Shown here one piece after another: positions 47,595 to 58,045 of a stretch of DNA of 64,000 nt. Both the position numbers and the translations under genes were made by a program. The stretch is taken from contig OZ252100.1 in the NCBI GenBank assembly GCA_965248435.1, positions 672,001 to 736,000 on the forward strand, written 5' to 3'. The DNA is from Candidatus Latescibacterota bacterium (GTDB lineage: Bacteria > Latescibacterota > UBA2968 > GCA-2709665). How positions within the stretch are numbered: the first letter of the stretch is position 1; the number at the start of each line of letters is the position of its first letter. The notes beneath the pieces were generated by a model. That model did not search any database. It was not told the origin of the DNA and was given only the letters and a program-made list of their open reading frames with translations.

Positions 47595-49039
47595 ATTTTG
47601 AGCCCGTGATCGGCCTGGAAGTTCACGCCCACCTGGCGACACGGACAAAGATATTCTGTGGCTGCAGCACTGCGTTTGGAGCCGAGCCGAACAGCCATGC
47701 CTGTCCCGTCTGTCTCGGTCTGCCGGGCGCATTGCCCGTACTGAATCGAAGCGTCATAGATCTCGCGATGCGAATTGGCCTGGCGGTTGAATCCACGATT
47801 CAGCCGCGCAGTCGATTCTTGAGGAAAAACTATTTCTATCCTGACCTTCCCAAGGGCTATCAGATTTCTCAATTCCAGTCCAACGAGGAGATGCCTCTGG
47901 CCACAGGCGGTGGGATCGAGATCCCAACCGAGGGGGGCACAAAATCGGTCCAGTTGGTTCGCATTCACGTTGAGGAGGATGCAGGCAAGAGCATCCACGA
48001 TGAAGCCTTTGTGGCGGCAGACGAGTCTCTGGTGGATGTGAACCGGTGTGGCGTGCCCTTGATAGAAATCGTCACCGAACCGAAAATATTCTCGCCCCAG
48101 GAGGCCTCCGATTTCCTGACCCGTCTCAGACAGCTTCTAATCTATACGGGCGTATCCGAAGGTGACATGGAAAAGGGGCATATGAGAATAGACGCAAACG
48201 TCTCGATCAGGCCGATTGGAGCATCCGAACTTGGGGTGAAAACCGAAATCAAGAACATGAACTCCATTCGTAATTGCCACCGCGCGCTCGAATCCGAAAT
48301 CCACAGACAGATCGATGTATTGGAAAGCGGAGGCGAGATCGTCCAGGAGACGCTACTTTACGACGCAGACCGAAACGAGCTGCGCCCGATGCGGAGCAAA
48401 GAATATTCTGACGATTATCGCTACTTCCCGGAGCCCGACCTCGTGGCCATCGTCCTGGACGATGCCTGGATCGAACGCGCCAGGGCCGACCTGCCAGAGC
48501 TGCCGGAGGCAAAGCGCTCACGCTTCATTTCCGACTACGGATTGACAGCCGGCCAGGTGGATGTGATTACTGCCTCGAAGGGTGTTGCAGACTATTACGA
48601 AGCTACGATTACCGCCGGGAGCCCTCCACACGAGGCGTTGAACTGGGTCCAGGGTCACGTCCTTCGCGCAACGAACGAACGAAGGATTTCCCCATCAGAA
48701 CTGCGTGTCACGCCCAAGCACCTGGCAGAACTGATAGAGATGATCGAGGCAGGCACCATCAGCAACAAGATCGGCAGGACGGTCTTCGACGAAATCGTAG
48801 AGTCTGGAGAGGCGCCAGCAGCCGTCATCGAAAAGAGGGGCCTGGTCCAAATCAGTGATGAGGGCGACCTCGAGGAACTCATCGAAACTGTCCTGTCAGA
48901 ACACGCCGATGAGGTGGAGCGCTACAAGAGCGGCCAGAAACAACTCGCCGGCTTTTTTATGGGTCAAGTGATGAAAAAGACCAAAGGTCAAGCTAATCCG
49001 AAGCTTGCCGACAAGCTGCTTAAGGAGAAGCTTGGGTAG
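47591..49039 (+). CDS. gatB: Asp/Glu-tRNA amidotransferase subunit B
   Basis: [23 protein letters not shown] and [10 protein letters not shown] motifs. TTG start overlaps the gatA stop. Confidence 0.97.
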   Translation: MNFEPVIGLEVHAHLATRTKIFCGCSTAFGAEPNSHACPVCLGLPGALPVLNRSVIDLAMRIGLAVESTIQPRSRFLRKNYFYPDLPKGYQISQFQSNEEMPLATGGGIEIPTEGGTKSVQLVRIHVEEDAGKSIHDEAFVAADESLVDVNRCGVPLIEIVTEPKIFSPQEASDFLTRLRQLLIYTGVSEGDMEKGHMRIDANVSIRPIGASELGVKTEIKNMNSIRNCHRALESEIHRQIDVLESGGEIVQETLLYDADRNELRPMRSKEYSDDYRYFPEPDLVAIVLDDAWIERARADLPELPEAKRSRFISDYGLTAGQVDVITASKGVADYYEATITAGSPPHEALNWVQGHVLRATNERRISPSELRVTPKHLAELIEMIEAGTISNKIGRTVFDEIVESGEAPAAVIEKRGLVQISDEGDLEELIETVLSEHADEVERYKSGQKQLAGFFMGQVMKKTKGQANPKLADKLLKEKLG

Positions 49040-49090
49040 TCGCCTGCGCCTGGGCTTGAATGTGGGCCGGGATGTCCGCACGACATTCCC

Positions 49091-49756
49091 ATGACCGCCC
49101 ACCTCATCCTCTTTGCCAAGAATCCAACCCCTGGCACGGTCAAGACCCGCCTCCAGACCCGCTACACGCCTCAACAGGCCGCTGAAGTCTACCGTGCGTT
49201 TATCCAGGACAGCCTGGAGAGCGCCCAGGGCCTCTCAGTGGACCGCTGGATCCTCGCGTACACACCATCCGATGCCGAATCGCAGATCCGCTCTATCGCT
49301 GGCCCGAAGTGGGACTTGCTGCCGCAGACAGGCAGTGATCTGGGCGAGCGAATGCGCCACGCCGCCCTTCAGAGCTTTGCGCAGGATGCCACCCGGGTCG
49401 TCATTTTGGGCACGGATCTGCCCTCCCTCCCCCCGAGTTATGTCGAAGAAGCCCTGGAACTGCTCCGAGAGAACGAGATCGTGCTGGGCCCCACTGTGGA
49501 CGGAGGGTACTATCTCGTGGGGCTCTCCAATCCCCACGAATCGATATTTCAGGGAATTAATTGGGGAACCGAAAAGGTGTTTTCCCAAACGCTGGAACTG
49601 ACAAAGCGCCTCTCGCTCGGCCTGATTCCTGTCTGGTACGACGTCGATACACCTGATGATCTCGATTTTCTCCTCGCACATGCCGCTGCACTGGAGCAGG
49701 CCGGGCATCCACCCCTGCTGCGCCATACCCGACGCCTCTGCTCAACCTACACCTGA
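49091..49756 (+). CDS. DUF2064 / TIGR04282-like glycosyltransferase
   Basis: FAK.P.PG.VKTRL, DLGERM, GTDLP, DGGYYL and DVDT motifs. Confidence 0.85.
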   Translation: MTAHLILFAKNPTPGTVKTRLQTRYTPQQAAEVYRAFIQDSLESAQGLSVDRWILAYTPSDAESQIRSIAGPKWDLLPQTGSDLGERMRHAALQSFAQDATRVVILGTDLPSLPPSYVEEALELLRENEIVLGPTVDGGYYLVGLSNPHESIFQGINWGTEKVFSQTLELTKRLSLGLIPVWYDVDTPDDLDFLLAHAAALEQAGHPPLLRHTRRLCSTYT

Positions 49757-49766
49757 GTTAGCCGCC

Positions 49767-51122
49767 GTGCCTGACACCCAGAAATTCGACCCGACCCTCG
49801 TTCCTCGAGTGCTCTCTCTTTCGGTCCCTCTCGCCCTCGCCGGACAACTGGAGAACCTGGTCGGATTCGTGGATATTTACATGGTTGCCGCACTGGGTCC
49901 CGCTGCGATCTCCGCCGTGGGAATCTCGCGCGTCGTTATTATGGTCATCGGCGTCACGATCATGGCCGTGCTCACCGGCACATTCGCGATTGTCGCTCAG
50001 GCCTTCGGCGCAGAATCTTTGAGAGATGCAAGTAGCGCAGGAAAGCAATCCTTGACCCTCGTTGCCATCTTCAGCATCTGCGTTTCTTTCGTGGGCATTC
50101 TTGGTTCTCCGTTCCTTCTGGCCACACTCAGTGGGGATCCCGAGGTCGTTGCCCAGGGTATTTCTTACCTCAGGGTCTTCTTTGCCGGCCTGATTTTGAT
50201 GGCACTCAATTTCACGATCACGACCTGTCTTCACGGAGCGGGCGACACGAGGACCCCCCTGTTCATCAGCCTGTTTTCAAACACCATAAAGATTGGAGCC
50301 AGTTACCTCCTGATCTTTGGAATTTGGGGCCTCCCCAGGCTGGGTGTGATGGGAGCAGCGCTCGGAACGGTCGTATCCCGATTCTTCGGCTTGTCAATCG
50401 GCCTCTGGGTTGCTCATTCGGGCCGCTACCGCTTCACCTTTGTGCCCGGTACGTCCTTTCGTCCCCAACCTGAGCTCACGCGCCGAATCCTGAAAGTCGG
50501 TGTCCCCTCCGCGCTGCAGGGTCTTTTCCGAAACGGTTCCAACCTCGTCTTCGTCAAGCTTGTTGCGCTAACGGCCTCCTCGACGACCGCCGTGGCCGCA
50601 TTCTCAATCGGAAACCAGATGGAGCGGGTCCTTCGGAGGACCTCCCTCGCATTCGGGACTGCCGCGACTGCTCTGGTCGGACAGGACCTCGGCGCAGGCC
50701 TGCCGGACAAGGCGAACCAACAGGGATGGACTACGCTTTTCGTCGCGGTGATCTTCGCCATGGGACTTGGACTCGCCGTATCGCTCCTGGCTCACCCGAT
50801 TATGGGCCTGTTTACGGAGGACCCTGGCGTCACCGCAATCGGTGTCCTTTACCTCTATGCCATGGCCCTGGCGGAGCCATTTATGTGCACAGCCATCGCG
50901 AGCGGAGGCGGGCTTAGAGGAGCCGGCGACACCCTTCCCCCGCTTTACCACACCCTGATCGCTCAATGGCTCATTCGACTTCCGGTTGCCTATCTGCTGG
51001 CATTCCCTCTTGGCCACGATATACTGGGCATCTGGACCAGTCTCGTCGTCTTCAGCGCACTTCAGGGCGGGCTTACTTTGAGAAAGTACGCGAAGGGCGA
51101 ATGGAAGGGAAAAACGATCTAG
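49767..51122 (+). CDS. MATE family efflux transporter
   Basis: About 12 TM segments; GAGDTRTPL and GAGDT repeats. Confidence 0.9.
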   Translation: MPDTQKFDPTLVPRVLSLSVPLALAGQLENLVGFVDIYMVAALGPAAISAVGISRVVIMVIGVTIMAVLTGTFAIVAQAFGAESLRDASSAGKQSLTLVAIFSICVSFVGILGSPFLLATLSGDPEVVAQGISYLRVFFAGLILMALNFTITTCLHGAGDTRTPLFISLFSNTIKIGASYLLIFGIWGLPRLGVMGAALGTVVSRFFGLSIGLWVAHSGRYRFTFVPGTSFRPQPELTRRILKVGVPSALQGLFRNGSNLVFVKLVALTASSTTAVAAFSIGNQMERVLRRTSLAFGTAATALVGQDLGAGLPDKANQQGWTTLFVAVIFAMGLGLAVSLLAHPIMGLFTEDPGVTAIGVLYLYAMALAEPFMCTAIASGGGLRGAGDTLPPLYHTLIAQWLIRLPVAYLLAFPLGHDILGIWTSLVVFSALQGGLTLRKYAKGEWKGKTI

Positions 51123-51236
51123 TTGAGTAGCAGAAAGCCTCCCAACAAGAGGACTTGATAGACCGGCAAAGAGAATTATATTAGTGCGACAACACGGTGA
51201 GGATGAACTTCAGACCAAAGAGGGAATTTTTGGAAG

Positions 51237-52181
51237 ATGGGAAATCACGAAGTTGAAAACGTAGTGATTATGGGAACGGGCTGTGCCGGGTTGACCGCGG
51301 CGCTCTATGCGGCCCGGGCGAACCTCAGTCCGCTCATGGTTGAAGGAGACCTGGCGGGGGGGCAACTTGGGACGACGACGCTCGTCGAGAACTATCCCGG
51401 ATTCCCGGAAGGTGTCGACGGGCCCGTATTGATGGAACAAATGCGTGAACAGGCCGTCAAGTTTGGCGCCAGAATAGAAAGGGGCCTCGTTGCCCGTGTG
51501 AATGGAGAATCTGCGCCTTTCCAACTCGAATTAGACGATGAGAGGACGATCGCAACCAAAACGGTTATTGTAGCAACCGGAGCCAGTCCGAGATACCTGG
51601 GCATCGAGTCCGAGCGTCGCCTTCTGGGCTACGGTCTCAGCTCCTGCGCAACGTGCGATGGCGCCTTTTTCCGCGATCAGGAGGTCGTTGTCGTAGGCGG
51701 TGGGGACACCGCGATGGAGGATTCGCTCTTCCTCACCCGTTTCGCTTCCAAAGTCACGATCATCCACCGCCGCGATCAGTTTCGTGCATCAAAGATCATG
51801 CAGGAACGGGCTTCTGAAAATTCGAAGATCGATTTCCTCTGGAATTCAATCGTAACGGAGGTTCTCGACCCTGAGAAAAAAGAGGTGACCGGAGTAAAGA
51901 TTCAGAACGTGATCAATAAGGAAGCAGAAATGTTCCCATGCCAAGGCGTGTTTATTGCGATCGGCCACGAACCGAATACGAAGATCTTCAAAAATAAGCT
52001 GGATCTGGACGATCAGGGATACATCCAGGTGAAATATCCGAGAACGTGGACGAATGTTCCAGGTATCTTCGCGTGCGGAGACTGTGTAGATCACACATAC
52101 CGTCAGGCGGTAACGGCCGCAGGCACCGGCTGTGCTGCCGCGATCGATGCGGAACGTTTTTTGGCCGAGAGCGGGACTTGA
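51237..52181 (+). CDS. trxB: Thioredoxin reductase
   Basis: GGQL, ENYPGF, CATCDG and GGGDTA motifs. Confidence 0.97.
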   Translation: MGNHEVENVVIMGTGCAGLTAALYAARANLSPLMVEGDLAGGQLGTTTLVENYPGFPEGVDGPVLMEQMREQAVKFGARIERGLVARVNGESAPFQLELDDERTIATKTVIVATGASPRYLGIESERRLLGYGLSSCATCDGAFFRDQEVVVVGGGDTAMEDSLFLTRFASKVTIIHRRDQFRASKIMQERASENSKIDFLWNSIVTEVLDPEKKEVTGVKIQNVINKEAEMFPCQGVFIAIGHEPNTKIFKNKLDLDDQGYIQVKYPRTWTNVPGIFACGDCVDHTYRQAVTAAGTGCAAAIDAERFLAESGT

Positions 52182-52208
52182 AGCTTGCAACAGCAAAAGG
52201 ATGACTCG

Positions 52209-53486
52209 ATGAGATCCCTGGGCAGACACATCCTTGTAGAATATTTCGGGTGCTGTCAGACAGCCCTAAACGACGTAGACCACGTCGAACAAAGTATGAT
52301 AAAGGCAGCCGAGGCTTCTGGTGCGACAATCATCAATACCACCTTTCACCACTTTTCTCCGTATGGCGTTTCCGGCGTGGTCGTCATTCAAGAGAGCCAC
52401 ATGTCCATCCATACCTGGCCGGAGTATGGATTCGCAGCTGTGGACCTGTTCACGTGCGGAGATCAGATCGACCCACAGGCCTCATATCGCACCTTATGTG
52501 AGTTGCTGCAGGCGGAGAGAGGATCCACGCTGAACATGCGGCGAGGCCATCTCGGGCAACTGAAGAAGATCGATGATGGTAGTGGGTTCTCTCCAAAACG
52601 CAACGCAGCGCCAGAACCGCCCGAGCCGTATTCAAGAAATATCTGGTTTACAGATCGGGATGATGACATTGCCCTGTCCCTTCGGCACGCCGGAATCCTG
52701 TTTTCCGAGGAATCTGAGTTCCAGAAAGTGGAGATCCTGAACACCTATGGGTACGGGAAGATGCTCGTCTTGAACGGGGCGGTCATGTGCACAGAGAGGG
52801 ATGAGTTCGTTTATCACGAAATGATTACCCACGTGCCCATGCTCACGTCGCCCGATGTGGAACGGATTCTGGTTATCGGAGGGGGTGATGGAGGCGCCGC
52901 CAGGGAGGTCCTCAGACATCCCCAGGTGAGCGAAGTCGTCGTTGCAGAAATCGACGAAGTCGTTGTAGACGCCTCTAAGACTCACCTGCCAACCCTGGCA
53001 GAATCCTTCAATGATCCCAGGGTGAAACTCGAAATCCGGGATGGTTCAGACTACATCCAGGCGTGCCAGGACGGGTCCTTCGACCTGATTATCGTCGACT
53101 CCACCGACCCCGTGGGTCCCGCCAAAGGTCTGTTCTCCGACCAGTTTTATTCCGAGGTCTATCGCTGCCTCAAACCGGACGGGCTCATGGTCGCCCAGAC
53201 TGAACCCCCGTCGCTTTATTCTGAAATCTTCAAAGAGATCTACCGGCGTCAGCGGAACATCTTCGGGGCGGGGAAGGTCCACTGCTACCTTGCTTCGATC
53301 CCGACGTACACGACGGGAACGCTGAGCTTCTCATACGCCTCGAAGGGCACAGCCCACCCCGTCGAGAATTTCGATCGTGAGAAATCGACGGCGTTTGCAC
53401 GAAAAAATCGTCTGAAATACTACAATGAGGAAGTCCACCCGGCCGCCTTTTCCCTTCCGACCTTCATAAAAGATCTGCTCAATTAG
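52209..53486 (+). CDS. speDE: Fused S-adenosylmethionine decarboxylase / spermidine synthase
   Basis: N-terminal ESHMSIHTWPE and FTCG; C-terminal YHEMITH, IGGGDGG and DSTDP. Confidence 0.92.
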   Translation: MRSLGRHILVEYFGCCQTALNDVDHVEQSMIKAAEASGATIINTTFHHFSPYGVSGVVVIQESHMSIHTWPEYGFAAVDLFTCGDQIDPQASYRTLCELLQAERGSTLNMRRGHLGQLKKIDDGSGFSPKRNAAPEPPEPYSRNIWFTDRDDDIALSLRHAGILFSEESEFQKVEILNTYGYGKMLVLNGAVMCTERDEFVYHEMITHVPMLTSPDVERILVIGGGDGGAAREVLRHPQVSEVVVAEIDEVVVDASKTHLPTLAESFNDPRVKLEIRDGSDYIQACQDGSFDLIIVDSTDPVGPAKGLFSDQFYSEVYRCLKPDGLMVAQTEPPSLYSEIFKEIYRRQRNIFGAGKVHCYLASIPTYTTGTLSFSYASKGTAHPVENFDREKSTAFARKNRLKYYNEEVHPAAFSLPTFIKDLLN

Positions 53487-53529
53487 GGTTTCGGCTGCGC
53501 AAAGGTTTATCCGACCACGGAGGGCGTAC

Positions 53530-54654
53530 TTGAGCTTTTCTCGACCTGAGGGCCTAGAGGGACCCCGCGCGTGCGGTCCCTACGAACTCCCCGGGGTGCT
53601 GGATCTCGCGAACCTGGTCATGCGGACCCTGGAAACGCCAAAGGACCGTCCTCCTTCTCGCCCGACCATCGGCTTCGATTATCCTCACGTCTTTAACCCC
53701 CACAACCTGGATAACATCAGGATCTTCGTTCACCACGGACACGTCGTCTGCTCCCTCGGAATCTACCCGACGATCGTCCGCACCCCTCGCGGTGAAATAT
53801 CGGTCGGAGGCATCTGCTGCCTGGCGACCCATCCTGAATACCGAAGGCTGGGTCTGGCCACACAGATTATGGAAGATGCCCACGCAAAGATTCAGAGCAA
53901 CGGCCATCATATCGGCCTGCTCAGCACGCTGATTGTCGACTATTATCGCAAGCTGGGCTGGGAAACGGCCGGACGTCAGCGCTTCTTTACGTTTGACCGG
54001 GGCAATGTCCGATTCCTACCCGGTGGTGATGACATCGAACTGACTGAGGACTGGCGATCGCGGGCAAAGGAGCTCAACCTCTTACATCTCGAAGAACCGA
54101 TCAGTTCACCCAGAAGTGATGAACGTTTCCACCTGCTGATGGAGCGAAAAGCTGAAAGCGTCTTCGTTGGCCTTCGGAAGGGCGAGGCGGCCGCGTATGC
54201 GTGTGTCAAGGGCCATCTCGTTAAAGAATACGGGGGCAAACTAGAAGATGTCGGCGCCCTTCTCAAGGCGGTATTCGCTGAATTGGATGAATCCGACACA
54301 TCCACGACAGAACGCCTTCCAGGTCACCGAGCGACGATCCAGATGCAGGTGCAAACGCCGGATACCCTCGGTGGACTGCCCGGCTTCCTCTTACAGAATG
54401 GCGTTGCCAGCCACTTCCAGGATATGGGCATGATCAAGCTGATCGATGTTCAGGGGTTGCTCGGCGCCATCCAACCCCATCCGATTCGGGCGACCCAGAC
54501 CGGTCAACACTGGCAGATATCGAACGGAGAGGTCGAGCAAACCTTGAGCGAACGAGAGCTTGTAAAGCTGCTCTTCGGACCAGAGAGACGGCCTGGCTTT
54601 GCCCCCGACCTGTTTCCCATCGATTTTTATCAGTGGCCCACCGATCGGGTTTGA
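53530..54654 (+). CDS. GNAT family (Eis-like) acetyltransferase
   Basis: ATHPEYRRLGLAT and YYRKLGW motifs. Confidence 0.8.
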   Translation: MSFSRPEGLEGPRACGPYELPGVLDLANLVMRTLETPKDRPPSRPTIGFDYPHVFNPHNLDNIRIFVHHGHVVCSLGIYPTIVRTPRGEISVGGICCLATHPEYRRLGLATQIMEDAHAKIQSNGHHIGLLSTLIVDYYRKLGWETAGRQRFFTFDRGNVRFLPGGDDIELTEDWRSRAKELNLLHLEEPISSPRSDERFHLLMERKAESVFVGLRKGEAAAYACVKGHLVKEYGGKLEDVGALLKAVFAELDESDTSTTERLPGHRATIQMQVQTPDTLGGLPGFLLQNGVASHFQDMGMIKLIDVQGLLGAIQPHPIRATQTGQHWQISNGEVEQTLSERELVKLLFGPERRPGFAPDLFPIDFYQWPTDRV

Positions 54655-54681
54655 AGCCCCTCACGGCAGACCTCCCTTCCC

Positions 54682-55422
54682 GTGCCCCGACACCTTACTC
54701 GCCAGTCACTCGCCGAAGACCTGAGCAATCTCGGGATCGAGTCGGAAGATCTACTGTTCATCCACTCTTCCTTCAAGAGCCTCGGGCCCGTGGACGGCGG
54801 CGCAGACACCGTCATCGGCGCCCTTGAAGATGTGGTCGGCGCGCGGGGGCTCATCCTGATGCCCTCCTTCAACCTCATAGACAAGGAACTACGGACAAAG
54901 GTCTGGGATGTAGAGACCACCCCGTCGACCGTAGGTTGGCTGACTGAATACTTTCGTAAAATGGCCGGGACTTACCGCTCCGATCACCCCTCCCATTCCG
55001 TCGCTGCTCGCGGGAAGGGCGCCTCCGAGTTTGTGACCGGTCATCTCCTCTCTGAGGGTTTTAAGTCGCCCTGGGACCGAAATGGCTGGGGACGGACCTA
55101 CGGGACCCATTCCCCGATGTTCAAGGCCTACGAGGAAAACGGGAAGTTGCTGATGCTGGGGGTCGACTACGAATCGTCAACCTACGTGCATTTCGTTGAA
55201 GTCGTCAGATGGAATGCGCGCCTCGCTCGAAACTCGGCGGCGGAATACCCCAAGCTTGATCGCCCGGCCCTGGGGGCATTCTGGGACCGAGCAGGCAACC
55301 TGAGGCGGGGCCTTCTGGGAGATGCGGATTGCAGGCTCTTCAACGTTCGGGACTACGTGGACACGCTCCTTCACGAAGTCCAAGGCAACCCACACCCGTA
55401 TCTCCTGAAGAGAAAACAATAA
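54682..55422 (+). CDS. AAC(3)/YokD family N-acetyltransferase
   Basis: HSSFKSLG, MPSF, RSDHPSHS and STYVH motifs. Confidence 0.88.
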   Translation: MPRHLTRQSLAEDLSNLGIESEDLLFIHSSFKSLGPVDGGADTVIGALEDVVGARGLILMPSFNLIDKELRTKVWDVETTPSTVGWLTEYFRKMAGTYRSDHPSHSVAARGKGASEFVTGHLLSEGFKSPWDRNGWGRTYGTHSPMFKAYEENGKLLMLGVDYESSTYVHFVEVVRWNARLARNSAAEYPKLDRPALGAFWDRAGNLRRGLLGDADCRLFNVRDYVDTLLHEVQGNPHPYLLKRKQ

Positions 55423-56381
55423 TGAGTCTACTCGAACAGGTCCGGGTCCGATGCAACGCGGTCGCGGATAGGGCAGGGTCCGTTCAGATCGACACCGATC
55501 GCATCGCATCCTACGCCGCCTCTCTGCCGATAGACCGGTTGCGGAACCCCGAAGTCGATCCGGGCTGCCACTATTTGGGTCACGGGGTCGAGACCATTGC
55601 TTTTTTTCTGACCTTGAACACGGTCAACTTTGGGTCGGGCTACTTCCCAATCCTGAAGAAGCGACCCGGGATGTCGGGCTATTTCACGATCGCATCGTCC
55701 CTGAACGATTACTTCAGGGAAAACGGCCCCCTCTCGGCGGAAAAACTTGCGCAAATTTCTCCAGAGGCGTGTGCAAGACTGTTCGGGCAGGATGCCGAGA
55801 GCGAACCCATCCGAGAGCTGATGCAGCTTTTCGCAACAGCCCTCGGTGATCTGGGTCTTCACCTTCTGAATCGGTTCGAGGGCAAGTTCGACGCGCTCGT
55901 CGAATCGGCGCAATGTTCCGCAGATCATCTGGTCAGGCTCCTCTGCGAAATGCGCTACTTCAACGATGTGGAATCCTACAAAGAGCTACAGGTCCCTTTC
56001 TTCAAACGGGCGCAAATCACAGCCGCCGACCTCTCTCTCGCATTCGATGGTCAGGGTCCGGGACAATTCAATGACCTCCATCATCTCACGATGTTTGCCG
56101 ACAACCTCGTTCCTCACGTGCTCCGGATCGACAACGTCCTCCGCTACGACGATGCGCTGGCCGCGCGAATAGATCAAGCCGAATTGATTCCCGCGGGTTC
56201 AACAGAGGAGGTGGAACTCCGCGCCTGCGCCGTCCACGCCGTCGAACTCCTTGTCTCTGAGCTTGCATCGTTAGGTCAAAGGCTCACGTCGATGGAAGTG
56301 GACAATCTGCTCTGGAACCGGGGACAGCAGTCAGAATACAAGACTTTTCCACGTCACCGGACCCGCTCCGTTTTCTACTAA
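55422..56381 (+). CDS. Queuosine salvage family glycosylase (DUF2419/Qng1-like)
   Basis: VNFGSG, PFFKRAQI, LTMFAD..VPHVLR, EVELRA and HRTRSVFY motifs. Confidence 0.85.
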   Translation: MSLLEQVRVRCNAVADRAGSVQIDTDRIASYAASLPIDRLRNPEVDPGCHYLGHGVETIAFFLTLNTVNFGSGYFPILKKRPGMSGYFTIASSLNDYFRENGPLSAEKLAQISPEACARLFGQDAESEPIRELMQLFATALGDLGLHLLNRFEGKFDALVESAQCSADHLVRLLCEMRYFNDVESYKELQVPFFKRAQITAADLSLAFDGQGPGQFNDLHHLTMFADNLVPHVLRIDNVLRYDDALAARIDQAELIPAGSTEEVELRACAVHAVELLVSELASLGQRLTSMEVDNLLWNRGQQSEYKTFPRHRTRSVFY

Positions 56382-56460
56382 CCGCCCTGACCGTTACTTG
56401 ACGCGAGCTGAGCTTGGCATTATATTTCATAAGTTAAAAAATTTGCCAGGAGTTAACTAC

Positions 56461-56712
56461 GTGACGACCGAACAGGCCACATCTCTCAAAAAAACCTTAG
56501 AAGTGATGATGAACAAGATCTCCCAGAAGGAGATCGTCATCGAACAATTGACTCAGATCGGCCGACTACAAGAGGAGATTTCACCGACCGCGCCGGCCGA
56601 ACTCAAGCACTATCTCCAGAATCGAAGCTATACGAAGGCGCTTCAGTATTTGAACACAGGATTTGTGATCGAAGACCCTGATAGACCTGATTGTGACGAA
56701 GACCACCCATAG
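56461..56712 (+). CDS. Small conserved-looking hypothetical protein
   Basis: Own promoter TTGACG-N17-TATATT (56398-56426), SD AGGAG, GTG start, and a downstream terminator. Confidence 0.7.
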   Translation: MTTEQATSLKKTLEVMMNKISQKEIVIEQLTQIGRLQEEISPTAPAELKHYLQNRSYTKALQYLNTGFVIEDPDRPDCDEDHP

Positions 56713-56732
56713 GTATTCAGGAAGCATCAAGC

Positions 56733-56769
56733 AAAAAGGCCCCTGCGTCCATCGCAAGGTGCCTTTTTT
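56733..56769 (+). terminator. Intrinsic terminator
   Basis: AAAAAGGC-CCCTGCG-tccat-CGCAAGGT-GCCTTTTTT. Confidence 0.65.
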
Positions 56770-56832
56770 CGCTCTACGTACTTCCAGTCGAGTTTGTTGG
56801 TAGCGTAAGTGGCCGTTCGCGGGAGGACGTTT

Positions 56833-58008
56833 TTGGCAACCATTGTGGACGGAAAACGGCGAATCCCGTTCATGCGTGGAATGCTAACCCACTATCTGAT
56901 CGAACAGGGATTCTCATTCAAGGAGGCTTACGCGGTCGCCGACCGGGTCCGAACGGCGATCCAGGACAAGGCCACCGTCTCCTCAAAGACAATGAGACGC
57001 CTCATTCGTGCCCACGTGAAGGAGCTTTTCGGGGATCGATCGGCCGGCGACGCCAAATTCTGGTCGCCGACGTTAAAGCAGGTGCTTGTGGAAGATGAGG
57101 AGGGAAGCGCCCCCTTCTCTCGGGAGCATCTATCCCGATCCCTGGTCGTTACTGGCGTAAGCGAGGAGCGGGCTTACCCGATCGCGGAGCGGATAATGGT
57201 CCGCTTTGTCCAATCGAACAAAACGGTCGTCAGCCGGGACGAGATTCGAAGGGCAGTCCTCAAGCTCCTGCAGGACGAATATGGAGAGGAGTTCGCACAG
57301 CGCTACAGGACGTGGAACTGGTTTCGGAATCGTGAGCAAACCCGGCCTCTGATTCTCATGATCGGCGGTGCGACCGGAGTCGGAAAGACGACCGTTGCGG
57401 TGGCCCTGGCAAATCTGCTCAGGATCTCGAGAGTCGCATCCACAGACGAGATTCGCCAGGTAATGCGTCTGATGATCGCGCCGGACCTCATACCTGTCCT
57501 TCACGACTCTTCCTATCAGGCCTGGGAGCATCTGACCATTCCCCCTCCAGGAAAGGTGGATGCGGTCGTCTACGCCTTCCGCGAACAGGCGACCCGTGTC
57601 GCCGTCGGGGTAAAGGCCGCGATCGATCGTTCGATTGAAGAAAATGTAAACCTCATCATAGATGGCGTTCATCTCTTGCCCGATCTTGTCGAGGTGGAGC
57701 CTCGTTCAAAGCAGGCACTGTTCATAAGGGTCAACCTCTATCTATCAGATCCTGAGCCCTTTGTAGAACGGTTCGAACTGCGCGGACAGGAGGCTTCGAG
57801 GCGGTCTCAACATCGATATATAGAACACCTGGACGAAATCCTCAAGATTCAAAAACATATTCTCAAGGTCGGCAAGGCAAACGGCGTTCCTGCGATCGAA
57901 AACAACGACATGGACGAAACCGTGCAATCTCTCTCTCTACAGATAATGGATAAGCTCCAGGAGGAAGCGAAAGCCCCCAGGGCACGGAAAACTTCCAAGA
58001 AATCCTAG
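56833..58008 (+). CDS. ATP-cone domain P-loop kinase (2-phosphoglycerate kinase-like)
   Basis: Two ATP-cone-like repeats (PFMRG, PFSRE), Walker A GATGVGKT, STDEIRQVMR and IDGVHLLP. Confidence 0.8.
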   Translation: MATIVDGKRRIPFMRGMLTHYLIEQGFSFKEAYAVADRVRTAIQDKATVSSKTMRRLIRAHVKELFGDRSAGDAKFWSPTLKQVLVEDEEGSAPFSREHLSRSLVVTGVSEERAYPIAERIMVRFVQSNKTVVSRDEIRRAVLKLLQDEYGEEFAQRYRTWNWFRNREQTRPLILMIGGATGVGKTTVAVALANLLRISRVASTDEIRQVMRLMIAPDLIPVLHDSSYQAWEHLTIPPPGKVDAVVYAFREQATRVAVGVKAAIDRSIEENVNLIIDGVHLLPDLVEVEPRSKQALFIRVNLYLSDPEPFVERFELRGQEASRRSQHRYIEHLDEILKIQKHILKVGKANGVPAIENNDMDETVQSLSLQIMDKLQEEAKAPRARKTSKKS

Positions 58009-58045
58009 GGGTCGCTTGCTGAGGTAATCAAGAGAGGCGATTAAG

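Noticed and set aside
54682-55422. Aminoglycoside resistance gene
   Set aside because: Family membership alone does not show resistance, and there is no mobile-element context
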